Assembly (NCBI GenBank): GCA_002189035.1
Contig: NEEC01000007.1
Location: forward strand, 3,224,001-3,288,000
Direction: 5' to 3'
DNA: 64,000 bases
DNA from: Utricularia gibba
Lineage: Eukaryota; Plantae; Magnoliophyta
Each line of letters starts with the position of its first letter. Position 1 is the stretch's first letter. Below the pieces are notes generated by a model. That model searched no databases. It was given only the letters and a program-made list of their open reading frames with translations, and was not told the origin of the DNA. This document shows positions 51,403 to 64,000 of the stretch, piece by piece. Position numbers and translations under genes: made by a program.

Positions 51403-52884
51403 CGTTTGATAAGCATCCAACATAAATGATAATCAAGATATTGAATTTATGTGAGAAATTCCTGAAATCTTATTTACAAAAGATGCTTTATTTTAATATT
51501 TAATTTTCCAAACTGTATAATTTAATGATAGTGATTTTGTACATTTTGAAAAAAGTCTCTATCACGGACTTATGGATTAAAAATAATAATTATGTAATTG
51601 GTGACAAAAAGCCAAAATCAATACCATGTACTCCTCCAAGTAGGACCTCCAACACTACGAAATGTTTTCTAGAAGCCTTCATAAATTCAGAAATGAGAGT
51701 TGGATGACTCTATGTAGTTGTTCAAATTGTTGAAATTTCGAATCAAATAAAAATTATAAAACCTAATTTTTAATCAAATACAAATTAAATATGTACATAA
51801 AACTAGGATTGAATACGAAGAGTGAAATATTTGTTACATAAAAGTTAATATATTCCATTTTATCAAGATTGATTATTAAATTTAAGTTAGGATTAGTATA
51901 GATCAAACAATAAAATATAATAAAATAATAAATAAAACAAATCATATTATAATACATAAGAAACCAATGCGACTCCTTAATGTTTCAGAGTTGGTGTGTT
52001 CATCACTTATTCCATTCTAACTTAATGGAAATTAGTTATTTCACAAAAGATTTAAGTTTACCTAAACGTTTTATTACCCTAATCTTTAACTTATCTCTAG
52101 TTAGGTTTTTAAGATAAACATATTATTCTTTCAATATTTTAAATATATCCTGGTTTGATAAAAAAGAATTCGGTTGTTGTGGATTGGAAAACAATAAGCA
52201 AACTCATGACTTTCTAGGACTAAGCGCCACATTTTTGTTTAACGAAAACAAGACAAATACATAAAATACATCAAAGATATATCTATAATAGTAATCTACC
52301 AATTAAAAAATAAATATTAATGTTAAACAAAACAAACTTCTGAATAAATGGTTAAACATTCGATTTTAAATCTACTCTTGATTAGAAATAATATTTTTAC
52401 TAGAGAGTTTTTTGTATTAATAAATGAGATCAAGTTTTAGTTGCACAAGCTATAGACTTTAATATGAATGATAATTTTAAATTAAATAACATACATAAAA
52501 CTACCATATCCTAATATTACCAATTCAATAACATATAAAAAAATCACATTCATTTAAATTCAAATAAATTAAACGTTCTTTTTATCCTAATCATGTAAAA
52601 CAAACCCTCCCTAGTACTTGCTACTAGCTTCTGCCTTTGTAAATTGAATCAAATCAGGTTGAAATAAGGGCAGGGATTCAAAATGCAAGACTAATACTAT
52701 ATATATATATATAATGTTATTTGGAATATAAGATACACACATTCAAGTTTAGAGAACACAGAGTCCATAGGAATCCAGGCAGGCGCAGGCGCAGGCGCAC
52801 CCGCACCGCAAGCCTACATATTCTATCCCCACAAGGATGACGATACTGCTGTGTAGAAAGCAGGGAATCCCCAGTTTGCTTTGT

Positions 52885-54063
52885 TTATCTTAGAAGCATC
52901 ACCGCCCAGGGGGCAGTTGAGCCGACCGCCGGGAAGGCAGGTCGAATGGCAGGAACGCGTTTTACGATCGAGAAAGCTTCGTTCAGACGAGCAGCTTGGC
53001 TCATGGCCCGAGATGCCTTCTGTGGAGGGAACATGAAAAATGACAGTCATCAAATCTATATAACTCAAGTTCATGCCACGCCTTGAATCCTGCACATCAA
53101 CATTGTCATTGCAGGAAAGAATGGATGGCCATTCCATCTTCCAATCCCTCAGATAATCAAAACAAACCAAGAATCCATGAGGGAAACAATATAAGATGAC
53201 ATGAAGTGAACAATTCCAACCGCAACAACGAATGCACAAATATTGAGATCTGATCAGGATGCAAAAAAGGGAGGCACAACTCGGATGAAACATAGATCAA
53301 ATAAGGTGAAACACCAGGAAACTAACCTTGTCATCAACAGCAAGCTTAACCTCCAAAGCTCTTGCCCTGTTCCTCATTCTATATAACCTGCGACCCAAGA
53401 TCACAAACCCCATCACAGCAGCTGCGAAAGAAACACTCCAGACGGGGCTCATCCTGAAAACACAATACTTCAGGAATTCTAAAGGCATCTTCCACCAAAC
53501 CATTGTCTCCTTCTCAACATCCTTAGTCATCTTGTTTACTGATTTCTCAAGCCCATTCTCAATTCCAGTTACAACTTTGCAACCACTTTCTTCTTCTTTT
53601 AGAATCTCTGGATCAGGGTGGAGACTCTGTTTCACTTCAGTATCTAACACTTCCTGTCCAATCACAGCTGAATCCATGTGAAGACTCCCCTTCTCACCAC
53701 TTACCCCAGCATCTACTACACTTTTCTCCCTTTCTGGAAAACCCACCTCGTTTCCCTCCCCAAAGCAGTAATTTCACGGTTTTCCGACAGCTCGCTACCG
53801 GAATTCGACCAGAAATCGCAGGATTCCTTATGAAGGTAGTGAGCAGGGACTTCCTCCAACCCCGGCTCAATCCAACTCGGGTTGCCCGAGCTGGCCAACT
53901 TCTCATCATCCCCATAACAATTCTGGGGCTCCGATGAGAAATAATTGGTGTGAATGAAGCCCTCGGAATCAATTTCAGGGAAAGACTTCTCGGACTCGGC
54001 GTCCGAGTTGGCCTTCAGAAGCTCCCAACCTTGAAAATCTGTAGAGGGCTCGACGATGTCCAT
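52885..54063 (-). CDS. Uncharacterised plant single-pass membrane protein (DUF6821-like), with an apparent 1-bp frameshift in exon 1
   Basis: N-terminal DFQGWELL...FIHTNYFS, WWKMPLEFLKYCVFRMSPVWSVSFAAAVMGFVILGRRLYRM and last exon KASRAMSQAARLNEAFSIVKRVP. Confidence 0.75.
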
Positions 54064-54258
54064 GCTGAGGTTCGATTACAGGCTACAGCACCGACAAATA
54101 GTTGGGGGAAGATGGTGACTGGAAAAAATCAAGAAACATAAGATCCCATCCAAAAACTCTTCCCGGTGAGCACCACCTTATCTTTGCCGACCCAGAAGTC
54201 AGATTCTTTTCCTCCGACCCAGCCCTGTGTGACGGCGTGTATAAAAGATACAACTCTT

Positions 54259-54342
54259 TCTCTCTCTCTCTCTCTCTCTCTCAAAAAAAAAAACAAAAAA
54301 AACAAAAACAAAAACAAAAACAAAAACAAAAGAAAAAGAAAA
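54259..54342. repeat. (TC)12 microsatellite followed by an A-rich (AAAAAC)n tract
   Basis: Read directly from the sequence; it lies between two divergent start codons. Confidence 0.9.
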
Positions 54343-54455
54343 CGGCGCTCGCTGCTTATTATTATTTTTAGTTAAAAATAAGGAAACGATATTTTGATTT
54401 TTTGTTGCTTATTGCGCCGTGTGATAAAAATACGGTGGCCGCTGCTCGCTGTGTT

Positions 54456-57400
54456 ATGGCTGCCACGGCAATGGCGTTCGCCGCTTCCTTGTGCCCTTCT
54501 GCTCCTCTGCTAAATGGTTCTTCTGAGCACACGAAGAATTTTGCAGCCATCGGCAAAATCCTCCCTTTTGCTGCCCTCCAACGACCTTCTAAATTCAGGT
54601 TGTCGCTTTGCGTTGTACTAATTTTCTTGAGAAATCTCCAGTTACAGTTATACATTCTTGCGTCTCTTCGCAATCTATGAGTTAATGGCTTGGGGTCAAT
54701 CACTCATGAGAATGTCTCTTTGTTGTTGGGTGACGGAACTAGCTTTGGATGACTTAACCATTTTTTCTGATGGCTCTTTTCGGCTTACGAGTAGGTTTCT
54801 TGATTTTTCTGACATTCATCATTCAGGAAAAATAAAAAAGAGCTTTAAGCGGCACGAGACGCTCCCTCGAAAAAGCGTCTCTGTTTTTAGTGTAAAAACC
54901 TCACTTTTACGTTATGAGCACCAAAGGAGTGACTTCACTTCTATGAATTTCGGGTCTCTTGGGTTTCGTATCCGATCCTTTAGGTCTAATGCAAAATTGG
55001 CATCTCCATTTCAGGAAAGGTTGCTTCTTTAACTTGCAAAGGGAGGATTCAAATTTTAAGCAATGCGCTTCAGTGACAAGTGCAGGTATACTTTTCTTTA
55101 TTACATTCGTTGCATTTTTTTTTTGTTTGTAACATGCCTAACTTTTTGGTTTCTATAATAAAATTGTAGATTTGTTACTGGAGGAGGATGCAGAAGAAAT
55201 TCAGATTCCAAAGGGCAATACTTGGTCCATCCATAAGTTTGGTGGGACATGTGTTGGAACTTCAGAACGGATAAAAAATGTTGCAAACATTGTTGCTAAT
55301 GATTCGTCGGAAAGAAAGATGGTTGTAGTTTCTGCAATGTCGAAGGTGACTGATGCAATGTATGATCTCATACGCAGAGCACAGTCCAGGGATGAATCTT
55401 ATGTGACTGCACTAGATGTCATTTCAGAAAAGCACAGAACGACTGCGTATGACCTACTTGAGGGTGATGATTTGGCAGTCTTCTTAGATCGATTATATCA
55501 GGATATTAGTAATCTTAAGGCAATGCTACAAGCTATATACATTGGTATGTCTTTGATGCTTGATTTGTAAATTCATTTACTTGGAAACTGTTATTGATTT
55601 TAGATTTTGTGGGTGCCTAAAAAAATATTTTGCAGCTGGTCATGCTACCGACTCTTTTTCCGATTTTGTGGTTGGACATGGTGAATTATGGTCTTCCCAA
55701 CTCCTCTGTTATGCCATCAGAAAGGTTCTTCTCATCATTGCAGCTTGTGTGTATCTTATTTACCTGGTAACGGTCATTGAGTTTAGATTTTATGTGTATG
55801 AAGATTGGGCTGGATTGTACGTGCATGGACACCCGACAGGTCCTTGTAGTTAATCCAGTAAGCACCAGTCAAGTTGACCCAGATTATTTAGAATCACGAA
55901 GAAGACTGCATCAATGGTTTTCTGGGAATTCATCCAACATCATTGTTGCAACTGGTTTCATTGCCTCCACTCCAGAGAATATCCCAACGACTCTGAAGAG
56001 GGATGGAAGCGATTTTTCCGCAGCAATTATGGGTGCTTTGTTAAAAGCACGTCAAGTCACAATTTGGACTGACGTAAATGGTGTATATAGTGCTGACCCA
56101 AGAAAAGGTACCACAAATTCTGTCTTCGCAAGCCTTTTTTAGTATGCTGCTATTTTAAATACTTTCATTGACTTTTTTCAGTTAATGAGGCTGTGATACT
56201 GGAGAAGTTGTCTTATCAGGAGGCCTGGGAAATGGTGAGCCTTTGCAGCTTTCTTTGGATTTGTTCTTCTTGGTATTCCTTTATCTGACTCTTGGATACC
56301 ATGCTTATTCTTCTCAGTCATACTTTGGAGCAAATGTTTTACATCCACGAACAATTATCCCTGTCATGAATGATGGCATTCCAATTGTTATAAGGAATAT
56401 TTTCAACCTCTCGGCACCGGGTACAATGATTTGCCGTGATGCAGGACTCGGAGGTGATGAGTGCTGTCCATTGGAGTCTGCGGTGAAAGGATTTGCAACA
56501 ATTGATAATTTAGCCCTTGTAAATGTTGAAGGGTTGGTTTTTTAATACATGGATGCTGATCATGAATGCAGATTTTATCACTATTTTCTTCCTATACCTT
56601 ATTGGGTTGCATTTTGTCATCTCTCTGCACAGAACTGGAATGGCAGGTGTTCCTGGCACTGCTAGCGCCATATTTGCAGTTGTGAAAGAGGTTGGCGCAA
56701 ATGTAATCATGATATCTCAGGTACCTATGCTTCTTTCTCATGATCCATGATTTTCACTTTATTATGGGATCATGTGGGTTTTTTCTGCCGCAGGCGAGCA
56801 GTGAGCATTCTGTATGCTTTGCTGTTCCTGAAAAAGAAGTCAAGGCAGTTGCTTTAGCCTTGCAATCCACATTTCGTGAAGCCTTGAATGCTGGACGTCT
56901 TTCTCAGGTACTTTTTTTTCTGATGGTGAGGGATACCATGCACTTTGCGTTGTCTTATTCAACATGGTCTCTCTGTAAGCTATGTTGTGTAGACTTCTCA
57001 GGTTTACTCAGACTCGTTTTAAAAGTTAGCAAAACATGTCTGCCATGTTGTTTCTTTTGTGTTTACTGGAGTTGTCCTCTTCTCTTACGTGTAAATGGGT
57101 TTCTCTTATTTATTCTCTCACTATTTGTAATCCTTGCAGATTGCAATTATTCCCAATTGTAGCATTTTGGCTGCTGTTGGCCAGAAAATGGCAAGTACAC
57201 CAGGCGTCAGTGCAAAGCTTTTTGATGCAATAGCGAAGGTTTATTTCTTTACTTCATCTTCACTTGCTATTCTCTGCCTGCCCTCTAAGTACCATGAATA
57301 TTCCTAGTTCAGAAACCATCATGCTCACATCTTGTGATTGCTTTCACTCACAGGCCAATATTAACATTCGGGCAATCGCCCAAGGCTGCTCTGAATATAA

Positions 57401-59792
57401 CATTACAGTAGTTCTCAATCGAGAGGACAGCGTAAAGGCACTGCGGGCAGTGCACTCCAGGTTTTATCATTCAAAAACTACACTAGCCATGGGTATAATT
57501 GGACCTGGATTGATTGGTGGCACACTATTGGATCAGCTAAGGGATCAGGTATAATTCCTGCATTCAAGCTTGCTGTTTGATTTGTTGCAGTTGTAGATGT
57601 TTACAACTTATTGCGCATTGATTGCTTAACTAGTAAAATATGCTCAAAGTTTGAGAAATGTAGTTGTAAAACATGCTTTAGAACAAGCCCAATGAGTTTA
57701 TACTGAAACCTGAAAGTTATAAATGAACTTGTATTTTTCAGTGTTCGAAAATTCCAGATTTTGGACAAAGAATATAAAACTGTATTTCTATCTTGGATAC
57801 TCATTTATTTCATGCTTGTTCTTTCTGGGCTCCATGATGGGTTTTCAGTCATAAAAATAGTGGTGCGTTAGATATGCATGAGGTTACATCACGCTGCCAC
57901 TCTGTTATCATGCAGGCCACAACCCTTAAAGAGAAGTTTAACATTGACATTCGTGTTATGGGCATTACTGGAACAAGGAACATGCTATTGAGTGATGTGT
58001 AAGTTGGGTGTGGCCCAAGGACTGTTTTCTGTGCAAACTTTGACTGCATGAACCTGAGTTTATTGATTTGGCTCTTCTTGTTGATTATTCTAGGGGAATC
58101 AACTTGGCACAATGGAGAGATCTCCTAACTGAGAAAGGGGTCAAGACGGACTTGACAAAGTTCATTCAACATGTTCATGGAAATCACTTCATTCCAAATA
58201 CTGTTATAGTGGACTGCACTGCGGACTCCTATATTGCAAGCAATTATCTTGACTGGTTATGTCGTGGTATTCACGTGATTACGCCAAATAAGAAAGCAAA
58301 TTCAGGACCTCTTGATCAGGTAACGCTTTGCTCACTTGGCCGTCCTTTTCTCTAGTTCTTGTTAATTGAACGGAAATTGCTACTTTGATGTAGTATTTAA
58401 AGTTGAGAACGCTTCAGCGCCAGAGCTATACACACTACTTCTACGAAGCCACTGTTGGAGCTGGCCTACCAATTATTAGCACTCTTCAAGGTCTCCTTGA
58501 AACTGGGGATAAGATATTAAGAATTGAAGGCATTTTTAGGTAACTGTTTGATACAAATCTACCATTTTGTTGACATTTTTCTCCAGATGCATTGCCATGA
58601 CTTGATGATGTGATCATGTAGTGGGACCTTAAGCTACATATTCAACAACTTCATTGGAGGACGAAGTTTTAGCGACGTAGTAAAGGAAGCAAAGGAGGCA
58701 GGTTACACTGAGCCAGATCCTAGAGATGATTTATCTGGAACTGATGTTGCTCGAAAGGTAATCAGCTTTTCACATAGTTTTGCAGCACACTACCAATGAC
58801 ACATGATTCTACTGTTTGCATAATTGTGGCTGGATCTTTACGTTGAAATACTCTTCAGCAAGCAATTGCACTATATGATGTCAACTTTCTCTTGTTTTAG
58901 GAAACTTTATGAACTGGGAAGTTCAACCCTTTCCCACTTTGCCCCTTTTGATGCCAATTTCTTCGCAAAACATACAATCTTGTGCAGGTAATAATACTTG
59001 CTAGAGAAAGCGGACTGAGGTTAGAAATGTCAGATGTTCCTGTTCAAAGCCTAGTACCAGACCCATTAAAGGTGAGTGTGTTGAAACAAAAAAAAGCCTT
59101 TGTTAGACCAATGCATATCGGTGATTTTGAAACTAACTTTGTGCGGAAAACCAAGCATCTTTGTTAATGGCAGTTCTTGCTATCCGTAAAAAAAAAAAAA
59201 AAAAAAAAAAAAAACTAGCTTTCATGTGATTTGTCTTCTTGACTAGTAAAACATGCTTAAATTCCTTGGTACACTTTTGAAGTTTTTTTCACATTCTGCT
59301 ATCCGTATTGGTGCGTGATATTCCTTCCTATCGATTCCAGGATTGTGCTACAGCGGATGAGTTCCTGGCGCAACTACCCCAACATGATCAGGAACTTGAA
59401 AATCAGAGAAAGGAGGCTGAGGCCACGGGAGAAGTAAGCACTTGCTGACTTTTACATTACAAACCCAACTTAGTATCACAAACAGCATGCAGGAGTATTT
59501 TTATCCATAAATTATTAGTACACTGACAAGCTTGAAATATCGAAAGGTGCTACGGTATGTTGGAGTAGTGGATGTTGTCAAGAAGAAAGGAACGGTGGAG
59601 TTGAGAAAGTACAAAAAGGATCATCCTTTTGCACAGCTCTCTGGATCAGACAACATCATAGCATTCTCGACACAGAGGTACGAGAAACAACCCTTGATAA
59701 TCCGTGGTCCAGGTGCCGGAGCTGAGGTGACTGCCGGTGGTGTATTCTGCGACATCCTGCGCCTTGCTTCTTATCTTGGGGCGCCATCATAA
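54456..59792 (+). CDS. AK-HSDH: Bifunctional aspartokinase / homoserine dehydrogenase, plastid-targeted
   Basis: Transit peptide followed by WSIHKFGGTCVG, VVVSAMSKVTD, TTLKRDGSDFSA, IWTDVNGVYSADPR, ACT domains, IIGPGLIGGTLL, VITPNKKANSG and IIRGPGAGAEVTAGGVF. Confidence 0.97.
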
Positions 59793-60581
59793 GCACCAAA
59801 TTCGCCGGCAACAAACCTCCTGAGTGGGTTGTCCGGGTGTGGCAATAAGGCTTTCTCACCACTAATAAGCAGCATTTTTTGTTGGCGGATCCTAGATTTT
59901 TTGCAGTTTAGATTGTTCTGCAGCCCCACTAATAAGCAGCATTTTGATTGTTTTTGCCTTCGCCCCATCTGGTAATCAAAACAACCCCACAACTAGTCCA
60001 AGACAGTCGGCCATGATCAAGAGCACAAGTCTGTCAGACTGAAACGACTGCCGATATGGGCATATTCGCCCAGGTCACCGCTCTTATTCATCGCCCGGTT
60101 GCTCCAAAAGGATTGATTCTAATACTTCATTTCAAAGGTTCGAGATTTGACGAAGGTGCAATGCGCTATCAAATTTTCTGAATCTTGACTCCGCCATTTC
60201 CCCGACATCCTTCAGTTGAGAACCCTAGTAACTGATTCTCTTGGAATAAACATGAGATGCGGAAGGAATCTACGAAGCAGATCCTGGGTGTTTGGCGTTA
60301 ATTGTGGTCTTTGATTTTTCAATGATATAACAGGGGACTCGTAGAAGAGGCTACATGTAAACAAGAGAACCACTCATTCCTACGTTTGTTATTCCAAGGT
60401 GATCTTGTCCTCTTGCAGATCCTTGTGTTTCCCCTGAAGATGAGCAAAAGAGCTTCTGCTGCTGCTCAACGACGAGGGGCATAAACAATCAGAAGGGAGC
60501 AAGCGGATGTTAGGGTCATAGGAGATAACATCCCCTTATCGTCATTCTTCGTTATCTGTTCAGAAAACCTTTTGTAATAGA

Positions 60582-62784
60582 ATGCCCACCATTCGTTTCG
60601 TAAGAACAGGTCTGCCATGTCCGCCGTGCTTCGCCACCATCTCTCCCTCAACCGCCTCTTCGTCTTCTCTCATTGTCCCGAATTGTCACTTTTCTTTATC
60701 TAGTTTCAAGCCTGCACGCACCCACTTCTTGAGGCCATGTTCGGCTCTCAAGGAAACGAAGAAACAGAGGCAGCAGCTGTCTAGACCTCCGAATACTGCT
60801 CCCGAGAACCTCAGAAGAGTAGTGAATTCTAATCCGAATGACGAGAATGATCAGAATAAAAAAGTTGATGGCGGAGACGATGCTGCGATTAAAGGCACGA
60901 TTTTAGCAGGACTTCTCCTTGTGGGCATGGTTGGTGGATTTGGTGCTGTTGGGTATATCTACAGGGACCAGATCAACGCTTTCTTGACCCAGTTTTCTGG
61001 ATTGATTGAAGGTACTTGTTTTTATGTAATCTACAACTGCAAACCATGATTCTGTGAAGCTTTTTTTATATATAACTTCTTCACCTGTCCGAAATTTAAA
61101 AGGCAAAGGAATTAGAGTAGGAAAGATGCTTCAAATGGTAGTGCTTATTCATCCTTTGCACTAGGCGTTTGGGAATTGATAGCGCTAATTTAAATTGGTC
61201 GCTGCATTTTACTTTCAGACTATGGGCCTGGTGGATATGCTTTATTCGTTGCAGTTTATGCTGGATTGGAAGTAAGAGTTCTTTATCTTCATCAAGTAGA
61301 AAGCATGCCAATTCATTGAAGTACCTAAGATCTCTTATCAGTTGATTATTCCTTCTGCCTCAGAAACAAAACTGCAATGCAGCTATCTGGCTATGGTTCA
61401 TTATGCCAAAGTTGTCTTTATCATTTTTCTGCAGCTCTATGCCATAGTAAACTGCCAGACTGTTAAGAACTATTTTCAGGTTACTAAAGTTTGCTTCTGA
61501 ACTCATGCATAAGCCTTTTTTTCCTTTTCTGCAGATACTTGCAGTACCGGCCATTCCATTGACCATGTCTGCTGGGCTTTTGTTCGGTTCACTTACAGGA
61601 ACCATCCTAGTGTCCTTAGGTGGCACGGTGAGCCATTACGTTTTTATCCATCATGTCTCTGGCATATGCACAGTTTGCCTCAACCTTGCCAAAATCAAAC
61701 AGTACCCCGATGTTTGTTTCAATCCACACTCCTGCAGTATAAGGAATGCCAACCTTTAGTCTGCATGTTTTCAGGTGGCAGCTAGTGTTGCATTTTTGAT
61801 TGCTAGATATTTTGCTCGCGAGAGGATCCTTAAGCTAGTTGAGGGAAATAAGAAATTCCTGGCCATTGACAAAGCCATTGGGGAGAACAGTTTCAGGGTC
61901 ATCATGCTCCTCCGCCTAAGCCCATTGCTTCCATTTTCTCTGGGAAATTATCTCTACGGACTCACCTCTGTCAAGTTTGTTCCATACGTTTTAGGAAGGT
62001 CAGCTTCTCCCTTATATACAATCCTTGTTCCATTACCTATAGGGTTGAAATCCTATTCCTTGCCCTGCTAGAGTTTTCCTCCCTAATGCTAATTGCCATT
62101 CTCGCAGCTGGTTAGGTATGCTTCCAGGGACATGGGCGTACGTGAGTGCAGGTGCATTTGGGCGCGCCTTGATCGTGAGTTCAATGTTTTTCCCTGAATC
62201 CGATGCCTGGTTTTTCGACTGCGTTTGCTCGTATGAACTGTATAGCTTTGTTTCAGCAAGAAGAATCTGAAGTTGGCTTACCAGGAGGAAGTGGGCAGCT
62301 TTTAGCTCTGGGGCTGGGGCTGCTTGCCACCGCAGTTGCTGCAACTTATGTCGCCCGTCTAGCTAAGGTACACCAAGATTGCGACCAGTCTAAGTTTAGT
62401 GTATAGTTTGTTCGATTTAATTAATAATTTATATTTAACTAATAAATAGAAGTTATTGTATAATTAGAAGCATTTTATTATTAATAAATATAAGCTATTA
62501 TTGATTAAATAAGTTATATTTTCTCAATTTGATAAGTAGATAAAATAGTTAAAATTGAAATAAATTAAGAATAAATAGAAGATAAGTTTTAAAATTAATG
62601 AATTAAATGTAAAAACATTTATTTTTATTTTTATTTTAAGTTATAAGTTGCAAAATAAGTCACATAAATTACTTACTTAATCTTTTAGTGATTGGAAAAT
62701 GGTGTGTGTTTGGATTCTGGTATGGCTGTTTTAATCACTTGCTGGTTTGTGATGCTGTAGGACGCGGTGAAGGACATTGATTAG
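60582..62784 (+). CDS. TVP38/TMEM64 (SNARE-associated, VTT/DedA-domain) membrane protein with a plastid transit-like N-terminus
   Basis: LAVPAIPLTMSAGLLFG, AFLIARYFARERI, LRLSPLLPFSLGNYLYGLTSVKFVPY and LGSWLGMLPGTWAYV. Last exon DAVKDID* at 62761-62784. Confidence 0.9.
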
Positions 62785-63104
62785 ATACCTCTGTGGCGAG
62801 CAGTTGAATAGGCTGCTGCATCTCCTCATTGTTAGATGTATGTTGTATATCCGAGCAAGCTCTCATGTATCTCCTACAATAATGTAATGCGAATAATTAA
62901 AAAATTCTAATTTATTTATGGGCTTAGCTGCTGGGCCTCTTCGAAAAATCCAATGGCCCAATAAATGTGCCGATGCGGAAAGGGATACAAGTACTTCGAC
63001 GAGTACGATTTCTATGTACAAAAACCGCGATTACGAACCGTGCCATCATCGTTGCCCTGTGGAAACCCTAGGTTGTTTCGTGCTTCACGTCCACGGGATC
63101 TGTT

Positions 63105-64000
63105 ATGGCGGAGGAGAGCGTCATCGAGTCTCTGGAATCTTCCCCGGTGGCGTCTGTTGCGGCGGACCACCATAAGAGGAAACACGTAGAGTTGGAGCTT
63201 AATACCGCCCCTGAACTTCCCACCGACTCGGATGCTCTCCCTGATGGCGAATCGGTAGCTAACGGTACGAGGAGAGATGAGAATGGTGTTGATAATGAAT
63301 CCGAGTGTAAGCGGCCGCGTACGGCGACGAACGGTGGAAATGTGGATGTCGCGGGCGATGGCATAGGTATTTCGCCATGGTGGTTTTCTGTTATCTCTAT
63401 TACTACGGCGTTGTGGCATTGCTCAGTCTTAATCTTTGGATGAAGCTTCCAAGTCTGTAGCGTACGCTAATACCTCGCATCTGTGTAGATCTTAGCAGTA
63501 GTGATCATACAGAGGAGACAGTTGAAAAGCTCAGTGAAGTGCCAGCTGAACACCAGAAACCTGCAGATGAGAATAGTCAAGAATCTGCTCAGATTGTTCC
63601 CCCACAAGTGCCTTTCGTTGATGGGAATGAGATTGATAAGAACGAGACAGTTGACCTGGAAAAATCCAAGGATGAAGTCGAAGAAGAGTCGAAGGAAGTG
63701 CAGGATTTTCCAGTTGCCCCTCCTGAAAAGCAGCGGATCATAGACACTGAGATAGTGTCTCACAAAATGGAAGTTCCGAATGATAAGGTAACCAGGAACG
63801 TTGTTTGTGAACTTTTTTTCGGTCAAATTGTTGAATTATTCAGTAGAATTATAATTCTTGATTTTTGTTTAGTGGTTCTGTAATCCTGATGCTTGTAATC
63901 CGAAAGGATGATTCTGAACTGTGCTCTTTCCATTTCTTTTGAAGGTGGGAGTCCTTATTGGCAAAGCAGGGGACACTATTCGGTCCCTCCAGGACAACTC
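63105..64000 (+). CDS. KH-domain RNA-binding protein (FUBP/KHSRP-like), truncated by the window end
   Basis: MAEE...DHHKRKHVELE...ECKRPR N-terminus, an acidic linker, then SHKMEVPNDK|VGVLIGKAGDTIRSLQDNS (KH GxxG loop). Confidence 0.88.

Noticed and set aside
59090-59220. ~27-nt poly(A) in an AK-HSDH intron (possible SINE tail)
   Set aside because: No Pol III A/B boxes or TSD found; treated as a simple homopolymer.
59859-59945. 20-bp direct repeat CCACTAATAAGCAGCATTTT in the AK-HSDH 3' region
   Set aside because: Only two copies; an ordinary local duplication, not CRISPR-like or a TSD.
1-64000. Many 60-130 aa ORFs antisense to or overlapping real exons; search for CRISPR arrays, tRNA, rRNA and prokaryotic operons
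   Set aside because: Shadow ORFs of spliced genes; no regular repeat-spacer array or structural RNA gene was recognised.

Overview
Gene-dense angiosperm nuclear window; no prokaryotic features, rRNA, tRNA or CRISPR seen. It holds 14 recognisable intron-containing host genes: TBP, phosphoglycerate mutase-like, SUT4, IRX9-L, TRAF/XAF1-like zinc finger, GT31 galactosyltransferase, RAD52-1/ODB1, SPS4, eIF2D, SCYL2, a DUF6821-like TM protein, AK-HSDH, TVP38/TMEM64 and a truncated KH/FUBP-like gene. It also holds a small two-exon 8-Cys defensin-like gene (43112-43451) that the ORF track only partly shows. Mobile DNA: the 3' end of a Tat-lineage gypsy element carrying a spliced ~620-aa antisense ORF with its own TATA box; a 5.2-kb MULE with TIRs and a 9-bp TSD in a divergent promoter; three solo LTRs of one Athila-like family (two with TSDs); an internally deleted copia; and Harbinger, CACTA-like and gypsy-gag remnants. 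Several otherwise intact ORFs are broken by 1-bp deficits at short mononucleotide runs, most simply assembly errors. All family assignments come from manual translation and recalled motifs, not database searches.
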